Assembly: GCA_963703285.1 (NCBI GenBank)
Contig: OY969807.1
Location: forward strand, 1,536,001-1,600,000
DNA length: 64,000 bases
Origin: an uncultured Nitrososphaerota archaeon
GTDB taxonomy: Archaea; Thermoproteota; Nitrososphaeria; Nitrososphaerales; Gagatemarchaeaceae
Reading direction: 5' to 3'
Shown: positions 20,184 through 30,489 of the stretch, one piece after another
Layout of the letters: the number at the start of each line of letters is the position of its first letter
Numbering within the stretch: the first letter of the stretch is position 1
The notes under the pieces: model-generated
The model's input: the letters and a program-made list of their open reading frames with translations, nothing else
Told to the model about the DNA's origin: nothing
Databases searched by the model: none
Program-made: the position numbers and the translations under genes

Positions 20184-21743
20184 CTGAACCTCGGAATCCT
20201 GCTTGAGCACACAGCTTCAGAGCATCGGGACAGAGTAGCACTGAGGTACGGGGAAAGCACCCTGAACTACGGCGAACTCAGTAGTCGGGTGAACGGCCTA
20301 GCCAACGCGCTTGAGGACCTGGGGATAAAGAGGGGAGACAGAGTGTCCATCATCCAGCACAACTGCCCTCAGCTGATGGAGTCCATCCTCTGCTGCTTCA
20401 GGGCCGGGTTCGCAGCCGTGCCGATAAATGTGAGGCTCACCGCGAACGAGTTCTCCTATATCGTCAAGAACTCGAGGTCTTCGGCTCTGATTTTCGGGCC
20501 GGAGTTCGCGGAGGTCGCCCGTTCAATCTCGGCGGAGATGCCGTCCCTCAGGTTGATCTCCGTCTCGGGCAACGATAATCAGGTATTGCCGTACGAGAAG
20601 CTGATTGCCGGCTATCCGGAAGAGAGACCTAGGACCGAGGTAACCCTAGATGACGTCGCCTGGCTGTTCTACACTTCCGGGACGACGGGGAGGCCCAAGG
20701 GGGCGATGCTGACCCAGAGGAACCTTTTGGTGATGACAATGAACTTCTTCGCCGACATCTTTCCCCTTCGATCGACCGACGTCGGCCTGCACGCGGCGCC
20801 GCTGACCCATGGGAGCGGGCTCTATGCTATCCCGTTCATCGCCAGGGGCGCAACGAACGTGATTCTCAGGTCCAAGAGCTTCGACCCCGACCTCCTCCTG
20901 GGCTCGGTGGAGAAGGAGGGCATCTCCATACTGCCCTTCTTGACACCCACGATGATCAAGCTTCTTCTGCTGTCCCCACGCATCCGGGAATACAACCTTG
21001 GCGGGCTCAAGTGCATAGTCTACGGAGGGGCTCCGATGTACGTCGAGGACATGAAGGAGGCGGTGAGAAGGTTCGGGAAGATCCTGGTTCAGATATACGG
21101 TCTGGGAGAGGCTCCGATGACGATAACGTATCTCCCGATGGAGGACCACGCGGCCGAATCGAACGGGAGCAGTGGGAGGAGGCTGCTATCGGCGGGAATT
21201 CCGCGCACGGACGTCGAGGTCGGGATAGTCGACGACGAGGACCGACCTCTCCCGCCAGAGAAGCACGGGGAGATTGTTGCCAGAGGTGACGTGGTCATGA
21301 AGGGCTACTGGGATGACGAAGGAGCCACTGCCAAGACCGTCAGGGATGGATGGCTCCACACCGGTGACGTCGGGTTCATGGACGAGGCGGGCTACGTCTA
21401 CATCATGGACCGTAGCAAGGACATGATCGACAGCGGAGGCGCAAAGATCTACCCGAGGGAGGTGGAGGAGGTCATCCTCCAGCATCCCGCCGTACGGGAG
21501 GTCGCGGTCTTCGGGGTGCCTGACCGAATCTGGGGCGAATCTGTCAAGGCGATAGTCGTGGTGAAACCGAGGACCGTTGCCACCGAGGCGGAGATAATCG
21601 ACTTCTGTCGGGCGCGCATCGCTAGCTACAAGAAGCCCAAATCCGTCGAGTTCGTTGACTCCATACCCAAGAACGCCTACGGAAAGGTACTGAAGCGCGA
21701 GCTGAGGGAGAAGTACTGGGTTGGGCTGGAACGCAAGGTCTAG
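20184..21743 (+). CDS. Long-chain acyl-CoA synthetase (AMP-binding)
   Basis: YTSGTTGRPKG, YGLGE, GWLHTGD, PKNAYGK; family-typical N-terminus (NLG.LL...A...DR.AL) extends in frame to a CTG at 20184. Confidence 0.9.
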   Translation: MNLGILLEHTASEHRDRVALRYGESTLNYGELSSRVNGLANALEDLGIKRGDRVSIIQHNCPQLMESILCCFRAGFAAVPINVRLTANEFSYIVKNSRSSALIFGPEFAEVARSISAEMPSLRLISVSGNDNQVLPYEKLIAGYPEERPRTEVTLDDVAWLFYTSGTTGRPKGAMLTQRNLLVMTMNFFADIFPLRSTDVGLHAAPLTHGSGLYAIPFIARGATNVILRSKSFDPDLLLGSVEKEGISILPFLTPTMIKLLLLSPRIREYNLGGLKCIVYGGAPMYVEDMKEAVRRFGKILVQIYGLGEAPMTITYLPMEDHAAESNGSSGRRLLSAGIPRTDVEVGIVDDEDRPLPPEKHGEIVARGDVVMKGYWDDEGATAKTVRDGWLHTGDVGFMDEAGYVYIMDRSKDMIDSGGAKIYPREVEEVILQHPAVREVAVFGVPDRIWGESVKAIVVVKPRTVATEAEIIDFCRARIASYKKPKSVEFVDSIPKNAYGKVLKRELREKYWVGLERKV

Positions 21744-21749
21744 GCCGCT

Positions 21750-22696
21750 TCAGGTAGACTCTGCACCAAACGATGGAATCATGCTATCCGCAAAGGCCTC
21801 CATCTGATGGATGGGGTCGAATGACGCAAACCTGACGATAATCGTTTCTGCACCAGCGTCGCGGTAGCCTTCTATTGTCCGGCGGCAATCGTCCATGTTG
21901 CCGAAGACGCCGAACCTGTCGATTGACGGAAGTTTCGAATTGTAGTAGGTGTTCAAGAACACCTCAGCCTCGTTGTGCGAATCTGCACGGTCGTCCTTCA
22001 TGTTTATTGTCAAGTAGAACGCGCCATGAATGGAACGAGGCGTCCTGCCAGACTGTTCCATCATCTGAATAATCTTGTCCTTGTCCTCTCGATACTTCTC
22101 CGGACCAATCTCTATCGGAAGCCATCCGTCCCCGAATCTCGCCGTGCGCCTGAGAGCCTGCTCGCTGAATCCGCCTATCCAGATTGGAGGTCCGCCACTC
22201 TGCTCGGGTTCGAGGGGAAGGGTGACGCCTTCAAGGTGATAGTGTCTCCCCGAGAAGGTGACCGCCTCCCCGCTCCAGAGCCTCTTGAGGATTTGGACCA
22301 TCTCGTCCAACCTGCCTCCCCGATGCGCGAAGGGAACCCGTACTGCCTCGTATTCCTTCGCGATCCGGTCTGGCCCGACTCCCACGCCAATGATTGTCCT
22401 TCCCTCGGAGATGACATCAAGGGAAGATATTGACTGAGCCAGGAGCACGGAGTCCTGAGAGGAGCGACGAGGACCGCCACCCCGAGCTTGACCGCCTTCG
22501 TCCGTGCCGAGACCGCAGCCAGCGTGGAGAAGGGTTCCAACCGAGGCGTCGAAAGAAGTCTGTCTCCGACCCAGACGGAACCGAAGGACAGCTCCTCGGC
22601 GCGTTCTGCCATCCTAGTTACCAGGCCGATGTCCGGCTTCCCGCCGGTGACGCTTCCGTCGACGGGCAGCAACACGCCGAAGTTGAGCGGCTTCAT
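21750..22696 (-). pseudogene. LLM-class oxidoreductase split by a frameshift near 22450
   Basis: N-half (AEELSFGSVWVGD..EPFSTLAAV...PLRTP) and C-half (LLAQ..SLDVISEGR...PPIWIGG) lie in different frames. Confidence 0.75.
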
Positions 22697-22699
22697 CGG

Positions 22700-23164
22700 C
22701 TATCGGTTTGGTTTCCGTGGTCTCCGAGGTGCCTTCGGAGCCGGCTTGAACACGAGTCTGACCGTGCCTGGAGTGAGCTTTGCACAGGATTCGAAATCAA
22801 CCACAACCTCTTCTCCCATGCGGATATCGTCCGGATTGCCTCCTCCAGCCAGTATCCCGAGCACCGACGGGCCTTCTCGGAGGCGAACGACACCCACCAC
22901 ATAGGGCGAGATGTGCGCAAGCTCAGGGGGTGCGATGTGCACCACGGTGAAGGTCGTCAATTTCCCTCTCCCGGACAGACGGATGGTATTGAGCCTGGAT
23001 CCGTGGCAGCTTGGGCAGAGCGTCGTCGGCGGAACCAGAAGGGCGCCACATGCCCTGCATTTCGAGGCGCTGAGGACGCCCTTTCCCAGCGCGTCGTAGA
23101 ATGCACTGACTGTACCCTCGAGCCGCTCCGCGCTCCGGATGGTCTTGGCTACGACCTTGCGCAT
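22700..23164 (-). CDS. DUF35 Zn-ribbon/OB-fold protein (thiolase partner)
   Basis: C..CG....PP...CP.C, G.G.L.TFTVVH, PYVVGVV.L.EG. Confidence 0.9.
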   Translation of the reverse strand: MRKVVAKTIRSAERLEGTVSAFYDALGKGVLSASKCRACGALLVPPTTLCPSCHGSRLNTIRLSGRGKLTTFTVVHIAPPELAHISPYVVGVVRLREGPSVLGILAGGGNPDDIRMGEEVVVDFESCAKLTPGTVRLVFKPAPKAPRRPRKPNR

Positions 23165-24330
23165 ATCGTCACCACCGCAGTTGCGCCTGAGCCTCCAAGG
23201 TTGTGCGTCAGGCCGAGCTCGACGCCTTCGACCTGCCTCTGACCTGCCAGACCGTTAAGCTGAAGGTACATCTCATAGAGCTGGGCCGTGCCCGTGGCAC
23301 CTACCGGGTGTCCCTTCGACTTTAGCCCGCCACTGACGTTGACGGGGATTCTCCCGTCCCTCGTGGTCTCTCCGTCGCGGACCATCATCTGACCCTTGCC
23401 CTTCTTGCAGAAACCCAGGTCCTCGTAGGCGATAAGCTCCGAGCATGTGAAGCAGTCGTGAACCTCGGCAAGCTGTATCTCACCCGGGCTCACCTTGGCC
23501 ATGCGATACGCCTCCCGCGCCGCATCTACGTTCGCCCTGAGCGTCACGGTCGAGTAGTCCTTCTCCGCCGCCAGGATGCTGTCGCAGGCCAACCCCTGGC
23601 CTATCACGTCAATCCGAGTGTCAGAGATTTGGCGAGCTACCTCAGGCCTGGCCAGGACCATGCACGCCGCACCGTCGGAGATTGGCGCGCAGTCGTAGAG
23701 GCGGATGGGCCACGAGACGATCCTGGCGTTCAGGGCATCCTCGAGCGTGATTTCCTTGTTGAACTGGGCCTTTGGGTTGAGGACCCCGTTCTTGTGGTTC
23801 TTGACGGCGATGGCGGCGAAGTCCTCGAGGGTGGACCCGTACTTCTTCATGTGCGCGTTCTCGACGAGCCCGAAGAATCCCGGAAATGTCAGCCCGTTCC
23901 TTTGATCCATCTGGGCATCAGCGGCCTCGGCGATGAACTTGGTAGCTTCCGGTGTCGTCACCGTGGTCATCTTCTCCGCACCCCCCACCAGCACGACGTC
24001 GTACATGCCCGCCATTATGGTCGCGAGCCCGAACCTCAGCGCCGCCCCGCTCGACGCGCAGGCCGCTTCGACGCGTATTCCAGGGTGGGGCAGGAGACCT
24101 GTCCATGTGACCGCGGCGGCACCCTGGTGCCCCTGGTTCTCGAAGCCCTCGCTCATGGTGCCGATGAACGCCGCATGAATCGTCTTCGGATCGAGTTTTG
24201 GCGCCCTACCGAAAGCCTCTCCCACAGCCTCAAGGAAGAGCTCTCTTGTTCCGAGACCCTGCCTGACTCCGAACTTTGACATCCCCGCCGAGACTATCGA
24301 AGCCAGAGGTCTCCTTCTGTTTCTGGTCAA
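23149..24330 (-). CDS. Thiolase (archaeal/SCP2-type acetyl-CoA C-acyltransferase)
   Basis: EAACASSG, CAPISDGAA, EVHDCF, NVSGGL.SKGHPVGATG. Confidence 0.92.
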   Translation of the reverse strand: MTRNRRRPLASIVSAGMSKFGVRQGLGTRELFLEAVGEAFGRAPKLDPKTIHAAFIGTMSEGFENQGHQGAAAVTWTGLLPHPGIRVEAACASSGAALRFGLATIMAGMYDVVLVGGAEKMTTVTTPEATKFIAEAADAQMDQRNGLTFPGFFGLVENAHMKKYGSTLEDFAAIAVKNHKNGVLNPKAQFNKEITLEDALNARIVSWPIRLYDCAPISDGAACMVLARPEVARQISDTRIDVIGQGLACDSILAAEKDYSTVTLRANVDAAREAYRMAKVSPGEIQLAEVHDCFTCSELIAYEDLGFCKKGKGQMMVRDGETTRDGRIPVNVSGGLKSKGHPVGATGTAQLYEMYLQLNGLAGQRQVEGVELGLTHNLGGSGATAVVTICARS

Positions 24331-24443
24331 CGTACTTGGTTTGTCGTCACCACCTACCTCTATTTTAGGGTGGGTCTCTCAGAAGGCTTTGGCAGCGAAG
24401 CGATATGTCCGTTATCACCATGTAAAGCCCCCGCACCTGCAGC

Positions 24444-25328
24444 TCAGGTCGAAAAAACGGAGGTGAGGTGCGTGGTCTTGGAAACTTGACGGTAGTGCTC
24501 CGATAGACGGTTCGTCATTGCCCCCGGGCATTGCTCTCCGATGGTTCGGCCGTCAATCTCACGGACTGGAACCACCCCGTCTATCCCCGTCCCCGTGAGA
24601 AACACCTCGGACGCTGAGTACAGGTCCTGGACCGTTAGCGCCTCCTCGGTTGTCCCAATCCCCAGTTCCTTGGCTATCTCGATGATAGTGGCCCGTGTCA
24701 CTCCAGCGAGACACGAAGTGGTGGGAGGGGTCACCACGGCGCCATTCTTGACTAGGAAGATGTTCGCCCCAGTGGCCTCGGCCACGGACCCGTTGGAATC
24801 GAGCATGACGGCGTCATCGAATCCGCCCTCTTTGGCCTCGATTTTCGCCAGGATATTGTCCAGGTAGTTGATCGACTTTATTTTCGAATCAATTGAGATG
24901 GGTGACTTCTTCCTGACCGATGAGGTGATCAGTCTCAAGGGCTCCTGTCCAAGCATCGGCTGCACCTCTACGGCGGATATGATTATGGTTGACTTGGGAC
25001 ATAAAGTAGGGTCGAGCCCCGGCTTACCTACTCCCCGAGTCATGATTACACGGACTTGGGCGTTTCTGACAGCGTTCCTCCTCACCGTCTCCACGATGGA
25101 CATCTTCATCTGCTCCTTGGTCAGCGGTGGGGTCAAGTGGATGCCCCTTGCGGATTCGAACAGCCGGTCTATGTGGTCCTCGAGCCTGAAAATGAATCCG
25201 TCGTAGACCCGAGCGGTATCATAGACTGCATCCCCGTATAGCAGAGCGTGGTCCCAGACAGAGATTCGCGCATCATCACCCTTCAGGAACCTACCGTCGA
25301 TGAAGACAATCGAGTCCTGAAATGACAC
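24444..25328 (-). CDS. ilvE: Class IV PLP aminotransferase (branched-chain amino acid type)
   Basis: D.ALLYGD.VYDT.R, HIDRLF.SA, IKSINY, E.TGANIF, L.GVTR, EVFLTGT. Confidence 0.85.
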   Translation of the reverse strand: MSFQDSIVFIDGRFLKGDDARISVWDHALLYGDAVYDTARVYDGFIFRLEDHIDRLFESARGIHLTPPLTKEQMKMSIVETVRRNAVRNAQVRVIMTRGVGKPGLDPTLCPKSTIIISAVEVQPMLGQEPLRLITSSVRKKSPISIDSKIKSINYLDNILAKIEAKEGGFDDAVMLDSNGSVAEATGANIFLVKNGAVVTPPTTSCLAGVTRATIIEIAKELGIGTTEEALTVQDLYSASEVFLTGTGIDGVVPVREIDGRTIGEQCPGAMTNRLSEHYRQVSKTTHLTSVFST

Positions 25329-25626
25329 AATCGCAGTCTTCTGGCAGAATAGAAAAACCTATGCAAGTCGCGGTTGCGTCGCTCGAGTCAACGAAAGGAC
25401 CGGCCGATTGCTTCATCGGGTTCACACACATTTGCAGCTACGCTAAACTTGTGGAGCCGACAGTTTGAGGAATCGATGTTACGCCACGTATCGGGTTCAT
25501 TGCGCCTCCGCCGGGGCATTTCATCCACACGTTGGGCCAGAGTTGGCGCGGTGTGGGCTCCGTTGTGGATTGGCTTGATGCACATGTCGTAATACATTTA
25601 TAGACAAATACTTGTATTACATCTCT

Positions 25627-25881
25627 ATGCCGATCTTCACGGTGAGGGTGGATGAGCAGCTCAAGAGGAAGATGGACGACCTCAAGGAGGTAAACTGGAG
25701 CGAGGTGACGAGGGCGGCGATCGAAGAGAAGGTAAGGGAGACGGAGATGTGGAGGCGCGTCGATGTCACGAAGCTGAGGCGCGCTTCCGCTGAGACCGAC
25801 GGCCTCAGGCGGAAGGTGGAAGGGTGGAGCAGTGCTTCTGAGATCAGGAGATGGCGTTCGCGTGTCAGCGATAGTAGCTGA
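25627..25881 (+). CDS. vapB: RHH-type VapB antitoxin
   Basis: FTVRVDEQLKRKM....VNWSEV.R.AIEE. Confidence 0.85.
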   Translation: MPIFTVRVDEQLKRKMDDLKEVNWSEVTRAAIEEKVRETEMWRRVDVTKLRRASAETDGLRRKVEGWSSASEIRRWRSRVSDSS

Positions 25882-26305
25882 CGCCTCAGTCATCGTGAAG
25901 TGGTTCGTGGAGGAGGAGCACTCGGACCGGGCGCTGCGACTCAGAGATGACCACGTGGAACAGAGGGTCAGAGTGGTCATCCCCTCGCTCGCTGGCTACG
26001 AGGTCCTGAACGCGCTCCGATACTCGGGGAGCTTCGGCGCGGAGGACCTTGTCGAGGTCTCGAGGGCCCTTGATGGATACCAGTTCATGGAGGTCGGCAT
26101 GAGCGGCCGCTGCGCGGAGGAGGCGGTGAGGATCGCCCTAGACTACGGGGTAACCGTCTACGATGCAGCCTACCTGGCCATAGGGAAGCTGAGGGGGCTC
26201 GAGGTATACACGGCGGACGACGAACTGCTGCGCAAGGTGGAGAAGCTCGGGTTCGTGCGGCACGTGAAGGAGTACGAGGGTGGGAATCAAGCGCGCCGTG
26301 GGTAG
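25862..26305 (+). CDS. vapC: PIN-domain VapC toxin
   Basis: VADASVIVKW, YEVLNAL, TVYDAAY, YTAD. Confidence 0.9.
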   Translation: MSAIVADASVIVKWFVEEEHSDRALRLRDDHVEQRVRVVIPSLAGYEVLNALRYSGSFGAEDLVEVSRALDGYQFMEVGMSGRCAEEAVRIALDYGVTVYDAAYLAIGKLRGLEVYTADDELLRKVEKLGFVRHVKEYEGGNQARRG

Positions 26306-26339
26306 GGTTCATTGCGCCTCGCCGCGAAAGGCGAGTGGC

Positions 26340-27077
26340 TCATCCGCTGGTCTCTTTCAGCGAATAGCCCCAAACGAAGGTCGTCGAGGGATTACCGTGC
26401 AAGACCTCGCTCGTTGGAAGCGATGCTAGGGGGATGCTGAGTTCGTTCGGGTACACGGCCAGATAGGGGCCCGGGTTGTTGGTCGCGGTGCTCACACCAG
26501 CCATGTTCCCGGTGCAGGTCAGCGAGACAGAGTAGTTGGCGGGCGCAGGGTTTGCGAAGAAGATGGTGACGTTTCCTTGCAGAGCGGTCGTGACGTCGGG
26601 GATGGTGAAGGTATAGGGGAACGTCTGGGAGCCGGTGCAGAAGCCCGTAGTCGTGATGGTGTAGGTACCGTGCCCGGTCCCGCTCCCGGAAAAGTTGTCG
26701 GCGGCGATGAAGAAGGTGAACGAGCCGCTGGCCGTCTGGACCGAATTGTAGTACTGCGCCGAACCGTTGGGAAGGGACCTGACGCCGGAGGGCCCTACAG
26801 GAATGCTGTAGTTGAACGTCCCGCTGTAGTAGGTCAGCCCGGTCTCGGTGGTAGTCGAACTTCCGGTCTTCGATACGACGGTGGATGTGCTCTTCGTTGT
26901 GGAAATCGACGAGCCGGTGCTGGAGGCGATGGACGTCGTCGATGCGACCTTGGAGGATGACAGGGCGTAGTATGCCCCCACCGACGCAATGACGATGACA
27001 ATCACGATGATGATGACGATCAACGCGACGCCGATCCCGGTCCTCCTCTGCTTCGCCAGTCGCGCACGAAGGTTCAA
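26340..27077 (-). CDS. Surface-exposed protein with class III-like signal peptide and Ser/Thr linker
   Basis: KQRRTG/IGVALIVIIIVIVIVIA, Ser/Thr-rich stretch, beta-rich domain with two Cys. Confidence 0.7.
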   Translation of the reverse strand: MNLRARLAKQRRTGIGVALIVIIIVIVIVIASVGAYYALSSSKVASTTSIASSTGSSISTTKSTSTVVSKTGSSTTTETGLTYYSGTFNYSIPVGPSGVRSLPNGSAQYYNSVQTASGSFTFFIAADNFSGSGTGHGTYTITTTGFCTGSQTFPYTFTIPDVTTALQGNVTIFFANPAPANYSVSLTCTGNMAGVSTATNNPGPYLAVYPNELSIPLASLPTSEVLHGNPSTTFVWGYSLKETSG

Positions 27078-27260
27078 GGAATCCTACCCTGTGACCCGTT
27101 ATGCCCTAAGAAGTTTGCGACAGCAGCTTCCATTCTCCCAAGGATGGCCTTTCATGGATTAGAGGATTGCGCCTTCGCGTGTCATTGAGCCGCAGAATAG
27201 GATTCGACTTCTGGCCTAGATGTGTCGTATAGGGTTCATTGCGCCTCCGCCGAGACGCAC

Positions 27261-27704
27261 TCATCGCTTCTGATTCCGGCTCTCCAGTAGCTGCTTAAGA
27301 CCCGCCAGCATCATCTCCCAATTCTTCTGAGAGTAATCGCGGGCTTGTTCGGTGTCATTGTTGTCCTGGGTCAGCGAAACGGACGTGCCTTCGCCATTGC
27401 GCGACAGCTCAATGGTCACGGTATGGTAGTTCTCGGGGATGTCAGGCAGACCGGACAGAGGACTGAAGTGGGTGTAGCGAACTATGCGCTCTGGTTTCAG
27501 CTCGAGAATGGTCCCTCTGTCCTCGTATGACTTCCCCTTCCAGACGCCCTTCCAGGCGATTGGGCCGCCTTCCTTCCATTCTGAAACCACCTCGGTGCCG
27601 AACATGTACTCCTTGATCACTTGCGGGTTGACGAGGGCGTCCCATACGGCCGCGACGGGAGCATTAATCTTCGTGCGCGCCTTCGCTACGAGTCCTTTGG
27701 CCAT
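27261..27704 (-). CDS. SRPBCC/AHSA1 domain protein
   Basis: INAPVAAVWDAL..P, W..ML..LK..LE. Confidence 0.88.
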   Translation of the reverse strand: MAKGLVAKARTKINAPVAAVWDALVNPQVIKEYMFGTEVVSEWKEGGPIAWKGVWKGKSYEDRGTILELKPERIVRYTHFSPLSGLPDIPENYHTVTIELSRNGEGTSVSLTQDNNDTEQARDYSQKNWEMMLAGLKQLLESRNQKR

Positions 27705-27795
27705 CGGGCCATTCTTTGGATGGTGCGTCATAAGACCTTCGCCATGCATAAGGGTTCATTGCGCCTCCGCCGGGGCATTTCATCCACACGTTGGG

Positions 27796-28020
27796 CTATA
27801 GTAAGTCGGTGAACTCGTCCACAGTTAAACCGGCATCGGCTATGATGGCCCTAAGAGTGCCCTTCGCTAGCTCCTTGTGGTTGGGGACGGAGATTCGGCG
27901 GTGCGGCGGCTCCACTTGTCTTAGGATCATGTGGCTCCCCGTCTGATGGTCCACAGCGTATCCAGCTTTCGAGAGAGCCTTGACCACTTCCCTGCCCGAG
28001 ATGACGGGAAGCTTAGGCAC
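27796..28020 (-). CDS. hicA: HicA toxin
   Basis: SGREVVKAL.K.G....Q.GSH, VPNHKEL.KGTL..I; stop codon lies inside the repeat. Confidence 0.92.
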   Translation of the reverse strand: MPKLPVISGREVVKALSKAGYAVDHQTGSHMILRQVEPPHRRISVPNHKELAKGTLRAIIADAGLTVDEFTDLL

Positions 28021-28225
28021 TGACCTCGACCACTTCCTCGTCTATCGAGGGTGGTATCGGCTCATGGTGCTTCTTGAGGCTGGCGAGGTAACCGTCGATG
28101 GCATCCTTGATGTTGGCCAGCGCTTCCTTCCGGGTTCTTCCTTCAGAGATGCAACCCGGCAGCGAGGGTACCTTGGCCACGAAAGCGCCGTCCTCGTCCT
28201 GCTCGATGGTTACCCTGTACTTCAC
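28013..28225 (-). CDS. hicB: HicB antitoxin
   Basis: EDG.FVA.VP.LPGC.SEG.T..EAL.NI.DAI. Confidence 0.92.
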   Translation of the reverse strand: MKYRVTIEQDEDGAFVAKVPSLPGCISEGRTRKEALANIKDAIDGYLASLKKHHEPIPPSIDEEVVEVSA

Positions 28226-28387
28226 GTTCCGAAAAGCAGGATTGCTCAGTTAAAATCCTTTGGCCAGTTGATGCTTGAGCCATGTATAGGGTTCATTGCG
28301 CCTCCCGGGATTAGATATTCTACGTCGAGCTGTCAGGTGCCCTTATTAGTATGTGAATCCACATATCACAAATAGCGAGGAATCGAC

Positions 28388-28630
28388 TTGGCGAACGTTA
28401 CCCTGTCTGTACCGGAAGAGCTCCGAAAGATAATGAAGAACCACCCTGAGATAAAGTGGAGCGAGGTAGCGAGGCAGGCGATGTGGGCGTACGCGAAGAA
28501 GCTTGAGATTATGGACGAAGCTACCAAGCGGAGCAGGCTGACCGAAGACGATGTCCTCGAACTAGACAAGGTAATCAAGGCGAGCCTCTCCGCGAAATAC
28601 GCTAAGAAAGCGGAAAGAAACACAGCTTGA
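28388..28630 (+). CDS. vapB: RHH-type antitoxin
   Basis: [10 protein letters not shown]...[14 protein letters not shown]. Confidence 0.85.
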   Translation: MANVTLSVPEELRKIMKNHPEIKWSEVARQAMWAYAKKLEIMDEATKRSRLTEDDVLELDKVIKASLSAKYAKKAERNTA

Positions 28631-29037
28631 AGTTCGTCCTCGACACGAACGTGATTCTAAAGGCGCTGATCAAGAACTCGTCAGTTCGGGCGATTATAAT
28701 CGGGTCCAAACACGAGTTCTCGATTCCCAAGGAAGCGATTGAGGAGATTCGAAGACATTCGTCTCTTGTGAAGGAGAAATCCGGTCTTTCCGAGACGGAA
28801 ATCAAATCGGTTCTTGATACGTTGCTCACGGGCGTTCAGCTGATTCAAACAGAGAAAGACGCAGCCGAGAGGAAAGAGGCAGAAAATGTTATGTCATCCA
28901 TTGACAAGGATGACGCACCGTTCCTTGCGGCCGCTATGAGCATTGTTTGTGATGGAATCTGGAGTGATGATAAGCATCTAAAGCGGCAGACAAGAGTAAG
29001 GGTCTGGACGACCAAAGAGATTCTGGCGCTGAACTGA
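28627..29037 (+). CDS. vapC: PIN-domain toxin
   Basis: [24 protein letters not shown]. Confidence 0.9.
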   Translation: MKFVLDTNVILKALIKNSSVRAIIIGSKHEFSIPKEAIEEIRRHSSLVKEKSGLSETEIKSVLDTLLTGVQLIQTEKDAAERKEAENVMSSIDKDDAPFLAAAMSIVCDGIWSDDKHLKRQTRVRVWTTKEILALN

Positions 29038-29155
29038 CTGGTAGTGCTTAGCTCGACCCGCGGGTTCATTGCGCCTCCGCCGGGGCATTTCATCCACACG
29101 CTGGCCTAAGGCTAGCCCACGCGATGATTTGCCGAGTTCGACTCCGGCCGAGAAG

Positions 29156-29488
29156 TCATGCCCACTTCGAACCGAATTGGATGAACGCCATGAGGATAGG
29201 AATCGCATCCCACCCTTTTGCGGTCAGGTCCCATCGGACGAGGTTGGCTCTCTTCACTACGAGATGTATGAAACCCTCCCTTTCGAGCTCCTTGAGCCTC
29301 TTGGAAAGCATCCTTGGAGTTATCCCGGGCGTTGAAGCCAAGATTTCGTTGAACCTGTGATGTCCTTGCATTCCGATGGCTCGTATGATGAGGAGCGACC
29401 ACTTCTTGGAGACCGCTCCCTGGGTGGCCTGAACGGTCCAGTTGGCGAGTTCCAACTTGATCTTTATCGGAGCATCTGCAGGAGCCAA
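29156..29488 (-). CDS. HxlR-family winged-helix regulator
   Basis: KKWSLLII, RFNEI....PGITPRMLSKRLKELE..G, LT.KG. Confidence 0.85.
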   Translation of the reverse strand: MAPADAPIKIKLELANWTVQATQGAVSKKWSLLIIRAIGMQGHHRFNEILASTPGITPRMLSKRLKELEREGFIHLVVKRANLVRWDLTAKGWDAIPILMAFIQFGSKWA

Positions 29489-29546
29489 AGCAGCTATACT
29501 TTTGGGCCAGCGCTTCTTATTAGGATATCCAATGTATAGTTAAGCC

Positions 29547-29936
29547 GTGAACGGGACAGTCACGCACTTTGAGATTCCGGCTGACGATGTGCAGCGCGCA
29601 CGTGCCTTTTACTCAGGGCTCTTCGACTGGGAACTGAGTCCCTTCTACGGGTCGGATTATCTTTACATCACTCCGAAGAATACGGCCGGGAGAGTCCCTC
29701 CAGACACCCTTGTCACCGGCGGGCTTGACAAACGGAGCGAGGAGTTGGAGCACGTCACGGTCGTCTTCGAAGTGGAAAGCGTGGAAAGGTCGTTGAGTGT
29801 TGTCGAGAAGCTCGGCGGCGAAGTCTTCAGGAAGAAGCGGCCGGTCGGTGACTTCGGCTTCAGCGCCTATTTCAGGGACACCGAAGGTAACGTGCTCGGG
29901 CTGTTCGAACAGGTCAAGCCCTCCGCAAGACGATGA
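29547..29936 (+). CDS. VOC/glyoxalase family protein
   Basis: HFEIPADD..RA..FY..LFDW, F.DTEGN..GL. Confidence 0.9.
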   Translation: MNGTVTHFEIPADDVQRARAFYSGLFDWELSPFYGSDYLYITPKNTAGRVPPDTLVTGGLDKRSEELEHVTVVFEVESVERSLSVVEKLGGEVFRKKRPVGDFGFSAYFRDTEGNVLGLFEQVKPSARR

Positions 29937-30060
29937 GAGGGGCAGTGGGCGTACGAGGTGTGCATGAGATTCGTTGCATCGCCACCAGGGCATTTCATCC
30001 ACATAATGGGCTATGGTTCGCCGGTACGATGAATTGCAGAGTTGGGCTCTTGAGAAGAAC

Positions 30061-30450
30061 TTATCTCCGTCTTCTTCCCTTTGTCATCCTCGAGCCCATC
30101 TCAATCCAGTTCCCGTCGGGGTCTTGGACATATGCGAGCCTCCACCTTCCCTCGTCGAATGGCGCGATCTCGCCCCTTTTCGTGCGCGACAATCTGGCGT
30201 AGGCTTCGTCAGCGTCATCGACCTGGTATGCTAGGTGGTCGAGCCCAGAGGAACCTCCGTACTTGTATCCTTCCGGGTACCAGTTCAGCTCGAGGACTTG
30301 GGACGAGCCTTCCGACTTGAGCCAAGCAACCTTGCCACCTGTCTCCTTGATCTCCGCGCTGAAGAGAAGCTTCATCTTGAGCTCCTTAGTGTAGAATCTA
30401 ATCGAACGGTCCAAGTCGGAGACGTGGATGCCAGTGTAGATGAACTTCAT
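30061..30450 (-). CDS. VOC/lactoylglutathione lyase-like protein
   Basis: VSDLDRSIRFY, LELNW, LDHLAY.V, DPDGNWIE. Confidence 0.9.
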   Translation of the reverse strand: MKFIYTGIHVSDLDRSIRFYTKELKMKLLFSAEIKETGGKVAWLKSEGSSQVLELNWYPEGYKYGGSSGLDHLAYQVDDADEAYARLSRTKRGEIAPFDEGRWRLAYVQDPDGNWIEMGSRMTKGRRRR

Positions 30451-30489
30451 ATCATTCCTTTGGCGCACTCGGCTCACCTAGAATCCGCG

